A stretch of DNA of 64,000 nucleotides from Octopus sinensis (lineage: Eukaryota): contig NC_043019.1 of the NCBI RefSeq assembly GCF_006345805.1, positions 26,969,360 to 27,033,359 on the forward strand, read 5' to 3'. Below the pieces are notes generated by a model. That model searched no databases and was not told the origin of the DNA. It saw only the letters and a list, made by a program, of their open reading frames with translations. Positions 12,951 to 25,153 of this stretch are shown here, piece by piece (position 1 is the first letter of the stretch; each line of letters starts with the position of its first letter). The translations under genes and the position numbers were made by a program.

Positions 12951-14099
12951 GTGGAGTCTGACTGGTCTGTTGGTCCAACGCCATACGACGATGTCCGCCT
13001 ATAATACCTTCCTCATCTAGTACTGAGCTGTAAGGCTACCATCTTGTTTGAATTGACTTTCGCCCCTCGTATTTCTTTTCAATGGGGCCTGCAGCCTCCA
13101 CTTCGGGGTTTGAGACACAATGATGGTGATGTCGTCTGTATACGCCGATAGGACCCTTTAGGGTCTCAGTTCAACCGTTTAACAGCTCCGAAAGGATGAA
13201 AGGCAAAGTCGACCTCAATGGAATATGAACTCAGAACGTAAAGGCGGACGAAATGTCTCTAAGCATTTTGTACGGCATACTAACGATTCTGCCATCTTGA
13301 CACCTTTTACACCTGAACTATCGACACATTGACTGTAAGGCTACCATCTGGTTTGAATTGACTTTCGCTCCACGTATTTCTTTTCAATGGGGTCTGCAAC
13401 CTATATATAGTACCCCATCCTTCACATAGAGTATATATATATATATAGCACTTCATTCTGTACAGGTTGTGTTTAGTTTTCAATGTCGTATAATGTCAGT
13501 TAGTCTTTACACATAACTTATACAACCATCTGCCATATACACGCACATACATGCACGCAAGCATACACTCATATGTATACATAAATATACATACACACAC
13601 ACAGCAACTACTCACTACTTTAAATACACATAATTCACACACACACAAACACACACACTCACACACACACTCACACACATACACACACAAACACACACAC
13701 ACGAGGAAATTTGAATATTGCGAATAACTGTTGACATTCATATCTGTTGGGTTATAATAAGAATACAAGGAATATTAAACTGGTTCACATATGGAAGGAG
13801 GGCTAATGAATGCAACTGACGACGGAGAAAAAGATCGAGCAGGTGAATGAAAGAGAAAGAGAAAATGTGAGAAAGTGATAGATTGATAGACAGACAGACA
13901 GACAGAGAGAGTGGCAGTGGCAGAGGTGGTTGAGGTGGCAATCCCTTTGTTTCAAGCAGAACTATTAACTGCGGCAAGTACTTCCATCAGCTGTAACTGT
14001 GTAACTCAATCTTATTGAAGCGCCTAATTATGTCACCAACATCGCTGAGTGAGTCACCCGAACAGTTCACTGTCTTAACTTACCTTCTGTTGTGAGGTT

Positions 14100-14330
14100 G
14101 CTGTCTTACCCACTGAAGTGTTCATGATGTAGGCTGAGACTTCAGAAACAACTCATCACTGCGTGGTATTTCGGTGGTTGGCGGTGTAGGACGTCACGGG
14201 AAAGAATCGCAAGACGGGTTCCTCAAACTGAGCCACCTGGCTGGAGACCTAGGGTTAGACCAGGAACGAGATGGTTGGATGATATTCATAGTCTCAGACG
14301 GTCACACAGGGGAATCCAACCGGAGGTTCT
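14100..14330 (+). pseudogene. RTE-like LINE 3' remnant
   Basis: PGWRPRVRPGTRWLDDI resembles the RTE C-terminal RPRGRP.TRW.D motif. Confidence 0.5.
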
Positions 14331-14399
14331 AACGGCGGTTGCTTCTGATAGGACCCTATGAAAGAGGTGCCTGAGGACTCTATCTCACCACGACCAGAA

Positions 14400-14790
14400 A
14401 TACTGAGCGGAGAAGAGGGATGGATTGATTTATTGAAGAGGAAGTTGAGGCTGTGGATATGGCCCTCTGAGACAGGTGAGAGCGACATGCTTAATGCCCC
14501 TGATTAATAGTTCTTCGTGGAGGGCTGAATAGAAAAGATGGGAAGGAACAGAATTCCAGAGGGGGGAAAATGTTCTGAGAAGGAAGTAGAAGCTGTTGTG
14601 GTTAGTTTGGGTCCTGCTGTAATGGGGACAATATAGATGAGAACAGAGGCAGAGATGAGTGAGAGGAGAGATCCTGAGAGGAAGTATCATGGGATTTAAT
14701 AGGTCTGTGAAGTAGAGGCCGTTATAGTAGCATTAGTGAAGGAAGGGAGAGGACACAGCAAAACTGTGGGCGAGAAGTTGTCATTTCTTG
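14400..14790 (-). pseudogene. Second CR1/L2-group LINE 3' remnant (same family as 4950-5440)
   Basis: Shares GAGGCCGTTATAGTAGC (YYNGL) with the 5.1-kb copy; downstream RTQTNHNSFYFLLRTFSPLWNSVPSHLF...RGIKH. A related 3' UTR motif (GGTTGCTTC.GATAGGACC) occurs near 14335 and 50770. Confidence 0.72.
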
Positions 14791-14826
14791 AGGACTGGCT
14801 TTCATTCTAATCAGCGGGATGGCATT

Positions 14827-15485
14827 TTTGTTTCCTCATAACTTTCAGGAAAGTGAATACTTTTTAATGAAATCTTCTACAAATGCCTTTTAGATGGTGC
14901 AGATTCTGATAATTGAGGAATTCGTTGTGAGAAAAGTTTCCATGGAGAAAGAGATTCGGAAAATTCACATAAGTCGACTTTGTCTCCAAATAATTTTCAG
15001 CAAAAATGGGTATTTGGCAATGAAATTTTCTGCTAATACCTTTCAGATGATGTAAATTACGATGATATCGGAATTTAACGCAAAACAAGAAAATGGCCAG
15101 CGCGCACACATACATAATGACACACGTCACATAATATTTCCAAAATTTCAAGTTTCATTTTGAAGATAAATATCTGGTATGCGTCAGTATGTATGTATGC
15201 ACGCCCACCAATTTATTTTTTTACATATTAAATTCCTCTATAATCGTAATCTAGACTATCTGAAAGGTAATTTGTCGAGAATTTCATTGAAAATTACCCA
15301 TTTTCTGAAAGTTGTGAGGAGATAAAGTTAACTCGAATGAATTATCAGAAACTCCTCTCCTGTCTTATTCTGAATAAATTCTCACTGAAAATTCCGATAT
15401 ACCCGTAATTTACACCATCTGAAAGATATTTGTCGAAAATTTTGTTAAAAACTATCCATTTTTCTAAAAGTTATGAGGAAACAAA
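14827..15485. mobile_element. Old foldback-type MITE with internal subrepeats
   Basis: Ends TTTGTTTCCTCATAACTTT / AAAGTTATGAGGAAACAAA with ~110-bp imperfect inverted arms, plus a second internal inverted pair (~14980-15075 / ~15230-15328) made of the same degenerate unit. No clear TSD. Confidence 0.65.
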
Positions 15486-16406
15486 GTCGATGGGACTCAA
15501 TTATATAGATATGTCGCCGATGAAGAATGACCGTGTTATTGAGAAAGGAAAACACAAAGAAATTTCAATTTGTAATGTATGTCAATAGACAATCGAACCA
15601 TTTCACAGCACAAAATGTCCAATTAAATTCTTTCTGGATGAGGCAGTTGTTGTTCACAAGAATGTGACAAAGTTCGTCTTTACAAAGAAACATGTTCAAG
15701 AGAGAATTAATAGGAACGAACCTAATGGAAATTCTTGACAATATTTCGAACAACAATTGGGGCGAACATAAAATCTTTTGTATATATTGCCATTGTGTGT
15801 ATATATGAAAAAATATAAGACATTTTTTTACACAATGTGTGTGTGTGTGTGTGAGTTTGTGGGAGGTCAGTGTTGAGTGAAGCTTTTTTTCTGGTTCATA
15901 GTGAAAAAGCATTTGTGACGGTTTGTCGGTTTTAAAAGGCCTGTCTCAAACAGAGATTCAACACCACATGAAAGTATTCTGATTGATTGAAGGCAGCCAA
16001 TCGCATAACATTTCTAACTGATCACCGTACATACATACATACATACATACATACATACATACATACATACATACATACATACACATACTTACATACATAA
16101 CATACATACATGCACATACATACATGCACATACATGCATATATACATACACACATACATACAAACGTACATACATGCATACACACACATATACATACATA
16201 CATTAATACACATACATGCATATATACATACACACATACATACAAACGTACATACATACATACACACACACATACACGCATGCATACACACACATACATA
16301 CATACATATATACATACATACATACATACACACATACATACATACATACGTACATACACACACATACATACATACATACGTACATACACACACATGCATA
16401 CATACA

Positions 16407-16459
<53 letters not shown>

Positions 16460-17502
16460 TGGAGTTTCGCATTTTCTGTCTGTCAAATCCACTCACAAGG
16501 TTTTGGTCGGCCCGAAAAGTGCCACGCAATGGGACTGAACCTGAAATCATAATGTTGGGAAGCTAACTGATTACCACTCAACCACGCCAGCGGCTGTAGC
16601 CACACCTGTGCTTAGATATATACACTGGATGTATATAACGTAATTTCATTCGGATACGCATTAGATTAGGCAGACCCAGTGCCAGCTCGTGTACAGGAAC
16701 TGTAGAACTGTAGCACCCCTTATGTCCACTCGATATTATGGATAACATTCAATATAATGAGTCCTTTTTTTTATACTTGTACATTATATAATCCTTAAGC
16801 TCAATATTAGTAGCCATTCCCTAGTTTATGAAGAAAATACAAAATTCCTGGTATAGAACTGTGTGCTTCACAGTTCCACTGACGCAGTGTTTAGCTGTTG
16901 TATGCATGCTTACATGTCCGAGATAGGAAGCTTCACACTAGGAAGAGAGAGTACTACATGAACGACAGTACCGGGTGAAAGGCAGTGTTTCTTTTTGACA
17001 CCGCGTGTGTTGCGCTTAAAAACGTGTTTATATTCTTGAATGTGATAAAGTATAGAATTAGATTATTATCCTGCTTCCAGCTTCAGTGTTGCTGCCAGGA
17101 TTTGAAAAATAGGGCAGATTTTCCTCCTTTATTTTTTGATTTAGGTGGGATTTTTGAAAAACAAGGGGTAATTCGTGGCAGTGTTCAGTAAACAAATTAA
17201 ACACACTACCCAGCAGTGGCTAAAACGCGAACCAATCAAGTTTATGTATAAATATTCTTTTTATATGTTTGTCTCCTTTTATACAATATTAAAACAAAGG
17301 CCAAAAATTTTCTGAAGCAGCACCCCAACTAATTTTATCTACGAGCCGCCAATGGGCATAGCCAACCTTTTTCAAGAAGTGGGCCCCATTGGACATGGCT
17401 CTTTAGGCGGGTCACATTACTTTAAAAAAGTACAAGGTAATTTTTCGTTGGCCGTGCCATTCAGAAAATCCAGCGGGCCGCAGTTTGCCCATGACTGTTT
17501 AA

Positions 17503-17533
<31 letters not shown>

Positions 17534-17798
17534 GGGGGGCAGAGAGAGCATGGTAATAGGTACTTTACTTTCATTAACTATTTTAGGTGCGTATGAAGTC
17601 ACGTGCAGACATAGACACCTTCTCGACCCTTCTACCTTTTGATTTAGTGGCACAACAGTGACAGCTGGTGGGGGGATGACGAGAGGGAGAAGGGAGAGAG
17701 ATAAAGCGAGAAAAAGTGAGAGGGGGCAAATAAATAGATATATAGATGCAGGTAGAAAAAGATAATGAATAGATAGATAGAATAGATAGATATATAGA

Positions 17799-17829
<31 letters not shown>

Positions 17830-17847
17830 GATAGGGGAGAGAGAGAG

Positions 17848-17882
<35 letters not shown>

Positions 17883-18402
17883 AAGAGAGAGAGAGAGATA
17901 GATGCATTAGCACTCATTTACTGCTCGGTTTCAGTTGAGAAGGTTGGAGTACCGTAGAATGAAGTGTCTTGCTCAAGGACACAACGTATCGCGCGGTGCA
18001 GAGGAGCTCCACCAACAAGTCCAATCTGCGTGCCCGTCACTAGCCATTTTATGTACCTTATACGAAATATCACCATACATACATACATGTGTGTGTGTGT
18101 ATGTGTGTGTGTGTGTGTGTTTTCCCAGGTGACTTCTTGTGCAGCAGGGAGCGTGTGTCTGCTTTTCTCTGTCGTAAAAAAAAAGCTTCTGTTTCTGTTG
18201 TGTGTAGGTGGTTGTGATTACGAGTCGGCCTTGATAAGGTGGGAGAACGAGGGTTTACGAGCCTGCTTGGTTGACGAACATGTATGTGTCTATGGGTGTG
18301 CGCGCGTGTCAGGTGTTTGTGCGTTTCTGTTTGAACGTGTATATCTGCGTCTGATTATATGTGTGTGTCTGCGTGGGTGGGAGTATACATTAATGTGTGT
18401 GT

Positions 18403-18433
<31 letters not shown>

Positions 18434-18769
18434 TATTTATATATATATATACACAATATAATATATATAATATATATATATACACACAATATTAATATAT
18501 ATATATATATGTGCATGTGTATGTGCATGTCTTTTACTCGCGTATATATATATATATATATATAATATGGGGTGGTGTTGTGTGTGTGTGTGTGTGGTGT
18601 GTGTGTGTGGTGTGTGTATGTATATATCATTGTTATTATTACCGAGAGGTCGACTTTGCCTTTCATCTTTTCGGGTTCGATAAATTAAGTACCATTTACG
18701 TAATGGAGTCTTTCTAATCGACTAGCTTCCTCCCCAAACATTCGGGCCTTGTGCCTATAGTAGAAAAGA

Positions 18770-18787
18770 TTATTATTATTATTATTA

Positions 18788-18873
<86 letters not shown>

Positions 18874-18943
18874 TATTATTATATTATTTTCTTATTATTA
18901 TTTTTATTATTATTATTATCATTCTTCTCTTCTTCTTCTCTTA

Positions 18944-18976
<33 letters not shown>

Positions 18977-19153
18977 CATTATTATTTTATTATTATTATT
19001 ATTATAATTATTATTATTATCATTATCTTATCATTATTATTATTATTATTATATTATTATTTTATCATTATTATTTTATTATTATTATTATTATTATTAT
19101 ATTATTATTATTATCATTATCTTATTATTATTATTATCATTATATTATTATTA

Positions 19154-19198
<45 letters not shown>

Positions 19199-19206
19199 CA
19201 TTATTA

Positions 19207-19249
<43 letters not shown>

Positions 19250-19283
19250 CATTATCCTTATCTTATTATATTATTATATTATC

Positions 19284-19314
<31 letters not shown>

Positions 19315-19412
19315 TTATCATTATTATTTTTATTATCATTATTATTATTATTATTCTATTATTATTATTATCATCATCGTCTTCTTCTCTTATTCTTCTC
19401 TTCTTCTTCTTC

Positions 19413-19455
<43 letters not shown>

Positions 19456-19468
19456 TATTATTATATTA

Positions 19469-19518
<50 letters not shown>

Positions 19519-19520
19519 GA

Positions 19521-19551
<31 letters not shown>

Positions 19552-19660
19552 TTATTATTATCATCATTCTTCTTCTTCTTATTATTCTTCTTCTTTATTA
19601 TTATTGTATATTATTATTATTATTTATGATTATTTTATTATTATTATTATTATTATTATT
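18770..19660. repeat. Long degenerate (ATT)n microsatellite
   Basis: Direct reading. Similar (TAA)/(GAT) arrays at 835-1215, 31165-31440, 34825-35150, 35580-35660, 36013-36075 and 36893-36955. Confidence 0.98.
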
Positions 19661-19732
19661 ATACTATACATTTACACATTTCCAACAATCTCACCTTCAT
19701 TATCTCACGTTTTCGTATATATATACATATAA

Positions 19733-19786
<54 letters not shown>

Positions 19787-20439
19787 CATATATATATATA
19801 TATACATAGATGTATATGCGTATATATATACATGACAGGGTGTGCATGCGTGCGTGTGCGTATGCACGCGTGTGTGCGTGTGTCTGCGTGTGCGTGAGTG
19901 CTTTTGGGCGTGCATGTGTGTCTAAACAAGAAGGGCTGCAAGATCCACCGTGCTACCTAATTTGGTTAGATCGCATCTCACATTACGTGGCTGCGACATC
20001 ACCTTGGTGATGGTGATGGTGGTGGTGGTGGTGAGTAGGTGTGGTGGTGGGGGTATGAGGAGAGACTGAGAGAGTGAACTAGTTAGCGAGAGAGAGATAA
20101 TTAGTTAGGAGTGGGGGTGGGGTAGTCAGGTGGTGGTGGTGGTGGTGGTCGGTTGTTGGTGAAGAGAGAGAGTGAGAGCGTGAGTGAGAGTGAGAGTGAG
20201 TTGCTAATGGAGTTGGGTTTGGTAAATAATGATGGGTAGCTTGTGTTGATGTCGGACTCACGTGGGTAGAAAATAAGCGGATGGAGCTAACCAAGACAAC
20301 AAACCCAGGTTGCGCAGAAGGGAAAAAAAAGAGAAAAGAAAAAAACACTCGACCCGCCCACCCCCATCACCACCAGTACTAGCACCAGCACCAGCACAAC
20401 CACTATCACTACCACCATTATTATCACCACCACTATTAT

Positions 20440-20620
20440 CACCACCACCACCACCACCACCAACACCACCAACACCGCTGCCGCTGCCACCACTGCCTCC
20501 GCTGCCACCAAAACCACCACCAACAACAACAACAACACCAACACCACACCGCCGCCGCCACCACCACCACCACCAACAACAACAACAATAACAACAACAG
20601 CAACACCACCAATACCAACA

Positions 20621-20653
<33 letters not shown>

Positions 20654-20777
20654 CCACCACCAATACCAACACAACCACCACCACCACCAACAGCACCACC
20701 ATCAACAACAACAACAACTCCACCAACAACAACAACACCACCACCAATACCAACACAACCACCACCACCACCAACAG

Positions 20778-20810
<33 letters not shown>

Positions 20811-20836
20811 CAACAGCAACACCACCAATACCAACA

Positions 20837-20869
<33 letters not shown>

Positions 20870-21300
20870 CCACCACCAATACCAACACAACCACCACCAC
20901 CACCAACAGCACCACCATCAACAACAACAACAACTCCACCAACAACAACACCACCACCAATACCAACACAACCACCACCACCACCAACAGCACCACCATC
21001 AACAACAACAACAACTCCACCAACAACAACAACATCACCACCAATACCAACACAACCACCACCACCACCACCACCACCACCACCAACAGTACCACCACCA
21101 CCAACAACAACAACAACAACACCACCACCAATACCAACACAACCACCACCACCACCACCACCAACAGCACCACCAACAACAACACCAACAATAGTAGCAA
21201 CGACAACAGTACCACCAATACCTCAGCAATTAACGTCAACATCTCCACTTACCACCACCACCACCATCATCATCACCAACACTACCACCACCATCGCAAT
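20440..21300. repeat. (CAC)n/(CAA)n compound repeat with higher-order unit containing CCAATACCAACACAA
   Basis: The core recurs about 9 times between variable CAC/CAA runs. Confidence 0.9.
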
Positions 21301-21699
21301 AACAACAGCATTTGGGAAGCTTCCACGCTTCTCGGCGAGTTGGAAATGGCCATTTCTCAATCAAATCACAAGATGTATTTGGAACACAGATTGAATCATG
21401 TAGCCCCAAGAAAAACTAAGCAAAAGACGCAATGGCCATGGCTAGAACGACTTTGATTATAGGACTATTACAACAGGTCTAAACGCCATGTGGTAAACAA
21501 TACCAACACCACCATTTTAAGAACGTATCAATGTGTGCATAGGTACATATAAAAGATGGGTAGATGTTTATATACATACAGATACATATACATACACACA
21601 CACACACTCACACACGTATATATATATGTATGTTTGAATGTATGTATGTATGTATGTATGTATCGTTTTTTTGTATTTCATTTTTGTTTTTTGTATTTC

Positions 21700-21965
21700 A
21701 TTATTGTTTTTTTGTATTTTATATTCGTGTGGCATCGTCCGTTTTTCTGTCCCTGTTTCGTATACATTCGATCCTTCTTCCAAGAAATTTAATGCTCGTA
21801 GCTTAGTTTTTCTAATGCTCGCAGCTTAGCTTTTCCTTGGGGCTGGCCGGATCGGAGCGATCTCAAGATTAATCAGCCGAAATTGCTACGATGATCCGGT
21901 TCTTGACTGAAGATTGAGGGCTTCGAACGTCCCGTCCGTGTTTTTTGTGTCGTCTTCTAAGTGTT
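21700..21965 (+). repeat. Interspersed repeat (possibly a Penelope-like end); inverted homolog at ~40300-40560
   Basis: CCTTGGGGCTGGCCG...TTAATCAGCCGAAATTGC...GACTGAAGATTGA.GGCTTCGAA is shared between the two loci in opposite orientation. Confidence 0.65.
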
Positions 21966-21985
21966 TTGCGTATATGCATATATGT

Positions 21986-22680
21986 AGAGTAAATCATTAG
22001 AAGCACATGCTTCTAGTGAGTTAGGATCCCAGAAAGACAGGGTCTCACTGAAGAATTCTCCCTGAGCAAATAAATTATCTTTATTGCTGAAAAGAAAGAA
22101 ACTGCAGTCTGAGAATACCGGTTTTGTTTAGTAAAGTTTTTATCTTCATTTCACTTAATTTATCAAGCTTCTGTATTCCTAGCACATATTTCGCCTTAAT
22201 GTACTGATATATGAAAAATATATGGCTGTGTTAGTAATACCAGCGATTATAATTATTTTTATTTTATCGTAATTTGATTTGTTTACATATTTCTCGATAA
22301 ATTACGAGCGCCAGGCGATATACCAGAATTCCCTAGTTTTGTCGGGACGTCGGAGTCTGCGCAGTGATATGATTAGTTAGGAGAGTAAATCATTAGAAGC
22401 ACATGCTTCTAGTGAGTTAGGATCCCAGAAAGACAGGGTCTCACTGAAGAATTCTCCCTGAGCAAATAAATTATCTTTATTGCTGAAAAGAAAGAAACTG
22501 CAGTCCTGAGAATACCGGTTTAGTAAATGTTTTTATCTTCATTTCACTAATTTATCAAGCTTCTGTATTCCTAGCACATATTTCGCCTTAATGTACTGAT
22601 ATATGAAAAATATATGGCTTGTGTTAGTAATACCAGCGATTATAATTATTTTTTTTATCGCAATTTGATTTGTTTATATA
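21986..22680. repeat. 396-bp tandem duplication (second unit truncated by (TA)n)
   Basis: AGAGTAAATCATTAGAAGCACATG starts at 21986 and at 22382; the copies are near-identical. Confidence 0.95.
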
Positions 22681-22686
22681 TATATA

Positions 22687-22720
<34 letters not shown>

Positions 22721-23775
22721 CTATTAATATCCAGTACCGCTGCCGTAATCTCCTTAGAGAGACTTAGAAATTTTAATATTTATATATATATACTATAAAT
22801 ATATATATTTATATATTTATTTATATATATTATTAGCCTGGTGAGTAGCTGGCGATCTATCCCTCGTTTAGATAATTACTACGTCCGATGTTCTGCTAGC
22901 TACGAAACCTGTGGCCTGGATTTTATCTAATCCATTCTCTAATTTAGAACGGACCCCCCCCCACACACACACACACATACGCTCGCGCACGCACACATAT
23001 ACTGGGTAGAAAATGCGTGGGTACATACATATATACGTTAATATGTAGATAAGTGCGTATATATATACGGGAACGTAGAGGGTGCGCAACAAAATACCAC
23101 TGAACATATTATCAGCCATTTTACCGATCCTACCAATATCGTTATTATTGTTTTCTAGTATAATGTAGTTCATAACTCGCTCAGGTTTAACTGCACAATG
23201 TTGACTTTGACTCCCTTTTACGAAGTCCACTCTAGAGGTCTTATTAAATTTCTTCTAATCACATGTTTTTGCCGAACAAATCGCTCCAAGTATTTATTTA
23301 CTTATTTATCTGAAGTCTGGTACTTATGCTATCAGTTGCGTTTGCACAATCGCTAAATTATGGGGATGTAAATCACCAGTTTATCTTCAAAATAGGTTCT
23401 GATGTAGCTGTGTATGCCGAGGACGAAAATCGCATTCATTTTTTTTCTTCTAGAAATTAAAAGCAAAAAAAATAAAGTTACAGGCATTTAAAGTTACCTA
23501 ATTTTAGCCAATCGAAAGCATCCATTGGCAACATATTGGAAGTCGCAACTGTCTGTCGTGATGAAAATAAGAAAAAACAAATATAAGATGAAACCTTTAC
23601 TTGGTGTCTCGAATTGCGAGTAAATACGGAATCTGGTGAAAATTTGAAAAACTTCAAGAGGTTGGAAAAAATTTATCAAGACCGTCCCCACACTTTGTTG
23701 CACGCAGTGAGAGGTGGCTGGGTAGGGTAGGGTAGGTTTAAGTTCCTTACAGCCACAAACCGAGAATCGGGGTAG

Positions 23776-23929
23776 TTGTGGCGGTATGGCTAAGCAGCTC
23801 GCTGCTTAATCATTTGTTTTAGGGTTCAGTCCCACAACACGGCACCTTGGACTAGTGTCTTCTACTATGGCTCCGGTCCGATCAATGCCTTGCAAGTGAA
23901 TTTTGTTGGCGGAAACTGTGTGTAGTTCG

Positions 23930-23968
<39 letters not shown>

Positions 23969-24090
23969 GTGTGTGTATGTTTATGTCTGTGTTCATCACA
24001 TACATCGTACACGATTTGATAAACGCTGTTGGTTTATTTACGACCCCATAATTTAGCGATTGTGCAAAAGCAACCGATAGCATAAGTACC
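23776..24090 (+). mobile_element. Old SINE family A copy
   Basis: Degenerate head (GGGTTCAGTCCC) and body. Confidence 0.65.
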
Positions 24091-24207
24091 AGACTTTGCA
24101 TACTCGTAATCTCCGACTTCGAAAACGTAGAAATCCGAAAAAAATATTTTCAAAAAAATGCATTTTTCAAGGAGAGGTACGAAACTGCATTAGCCCCACT
24201 ATTATAT

Positions 24208-24487
24208 GGTACTATTTAAGAAGAGTGGTCACGGTGCGCACACTCACATACTTGCGCATCTGCGCTAGCTAGTTGTGACTAGTCGATCCTACAACGACTA
24301 CCTAGCAAAGTAAATAAAACACAAAATAAATAATTTTTTTACACAAAGTAAATAATTTTAGCATTTTTTAAAACAAAGTAAATAAAACACACAAACATAA
24401 AGTAAGGACCGACTAGTCACGACTAGCTAGCGCGGATGCGCGAGTACGCGAGTGCGCGCACCGGGACCACTCTTTTTAAATAGTACC
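24208..24487. mobile_element. MULE-type MITE (280 bp)
   Basis: 83-bp TIRs (24208-24290 / 24405-24487, 9 mismatches) beginning GGTACTATTTAA; exact 9-bp TSD CTATTATAT (24199-24207 / 24488-24496); A-rich spacer. A 9-bp TSD with long TIRs is typical of the Mutator superfamily. Confidence 0.9.
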
Positions 24488-24664
24488 CTATTATATGCCT
24501 GTTCTTGCAGTTTCTTTCCGTCGTGACCCTGTACATATTATATTCCTGTACACCTGTTATACTTCTTGCATAGCAATAACTGTCAATTAACACTTCTTTT
24601 ATATTCAGTCGTTTGTTTGCCTTCCTTCCTTTACAACTTTAAAATCGAATGCTTCAGAGCATCA

Positions 24665-24737
24665 GGTTCCGTGGTGTAGTGGTTATCACGTCTGCTTAAC
24701 ACGCAGAAGGTCGCGAGTTCGAAACTCGCCGGAACCT
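24665..24737 (+). tRNA. tRNA-Val(AAC)
   Basis: Full cloverleaf: acceptor GGTTCCG/CGGAACC (7/7), D arm GTGT-AGTGGTTATC-AC, anticodon stem TCTGC/GCAGA with loop TTAACAC (anticodon AAC), variable loop AGGTC, T stem GCGAG/CTCGC with TTCGAAA loop. Intact A and B boxes. Position 73 is T rather than the usual A. Confidence 0.93.
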
Positions 24738-24745
24738 CTCTCCGC

Positions 24746-24753
24746 TTTTTTTT
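24746..24753 (+). terminator. RNA polymerase III terminator (T8) of the tRNA-Val gene
   Basis: Run of 8 T beginning 8 nt after the discriminator base. Confidence 0.8.
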
Positions 24754-24811
24754 CATTTAACTTACGTTACCTGTACGTGTGTTGTAAATATTATCTAATT
24801 CTTTATATATT

Positions 24812-25153
24812 ATTCTTGTTTCAGTCATTTGACTGCACCCGTGCTGGAGCACCACCTTTAATTGAAAAAATTGACCCACGACTTGCTCTTTGTAAGCCTA
24901 GTACTTATTCGTTGTCTTTTGCCGAGTTTACGGGGATGTAAACACACCAACATCGGTTGTCAAGCGGTAGTGAAGGGTGACACACACAAATATGTATGTA
25001 CGACGGGCTTCTTTCAGTTTCTGTCTACCAAATCCACTCACAAGGCTTTGGTCGGCCCGAGGCTACACTGAAAGACACTTGCTCAAGGTACCACGCAGTG
25101 GGACTGAACCCGGAACCATGTGGTTGGGAAGAAAGCTTCTTACCACACAGCCA
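24812..25153 (-). mobile_element. SINE family A
   Basis: Collinear homology with 11713-12118. Confidence 0.85.

Noticed and set aside
17350-17497. hAT-like MITE (ends GCGGGCCGCAGTTTGCCCATGACTG)
   Set aside because: The left TIR is too degenerate and there is no 8-bp TSD.
21905-21935. CTGAAGA...GAACGTC in the 21.7/40.3-kb repeat as a hammerhead
   Set aside because: It lacks A15.1 (GAAC/GAAT in the two copies) and a convincing stem II.
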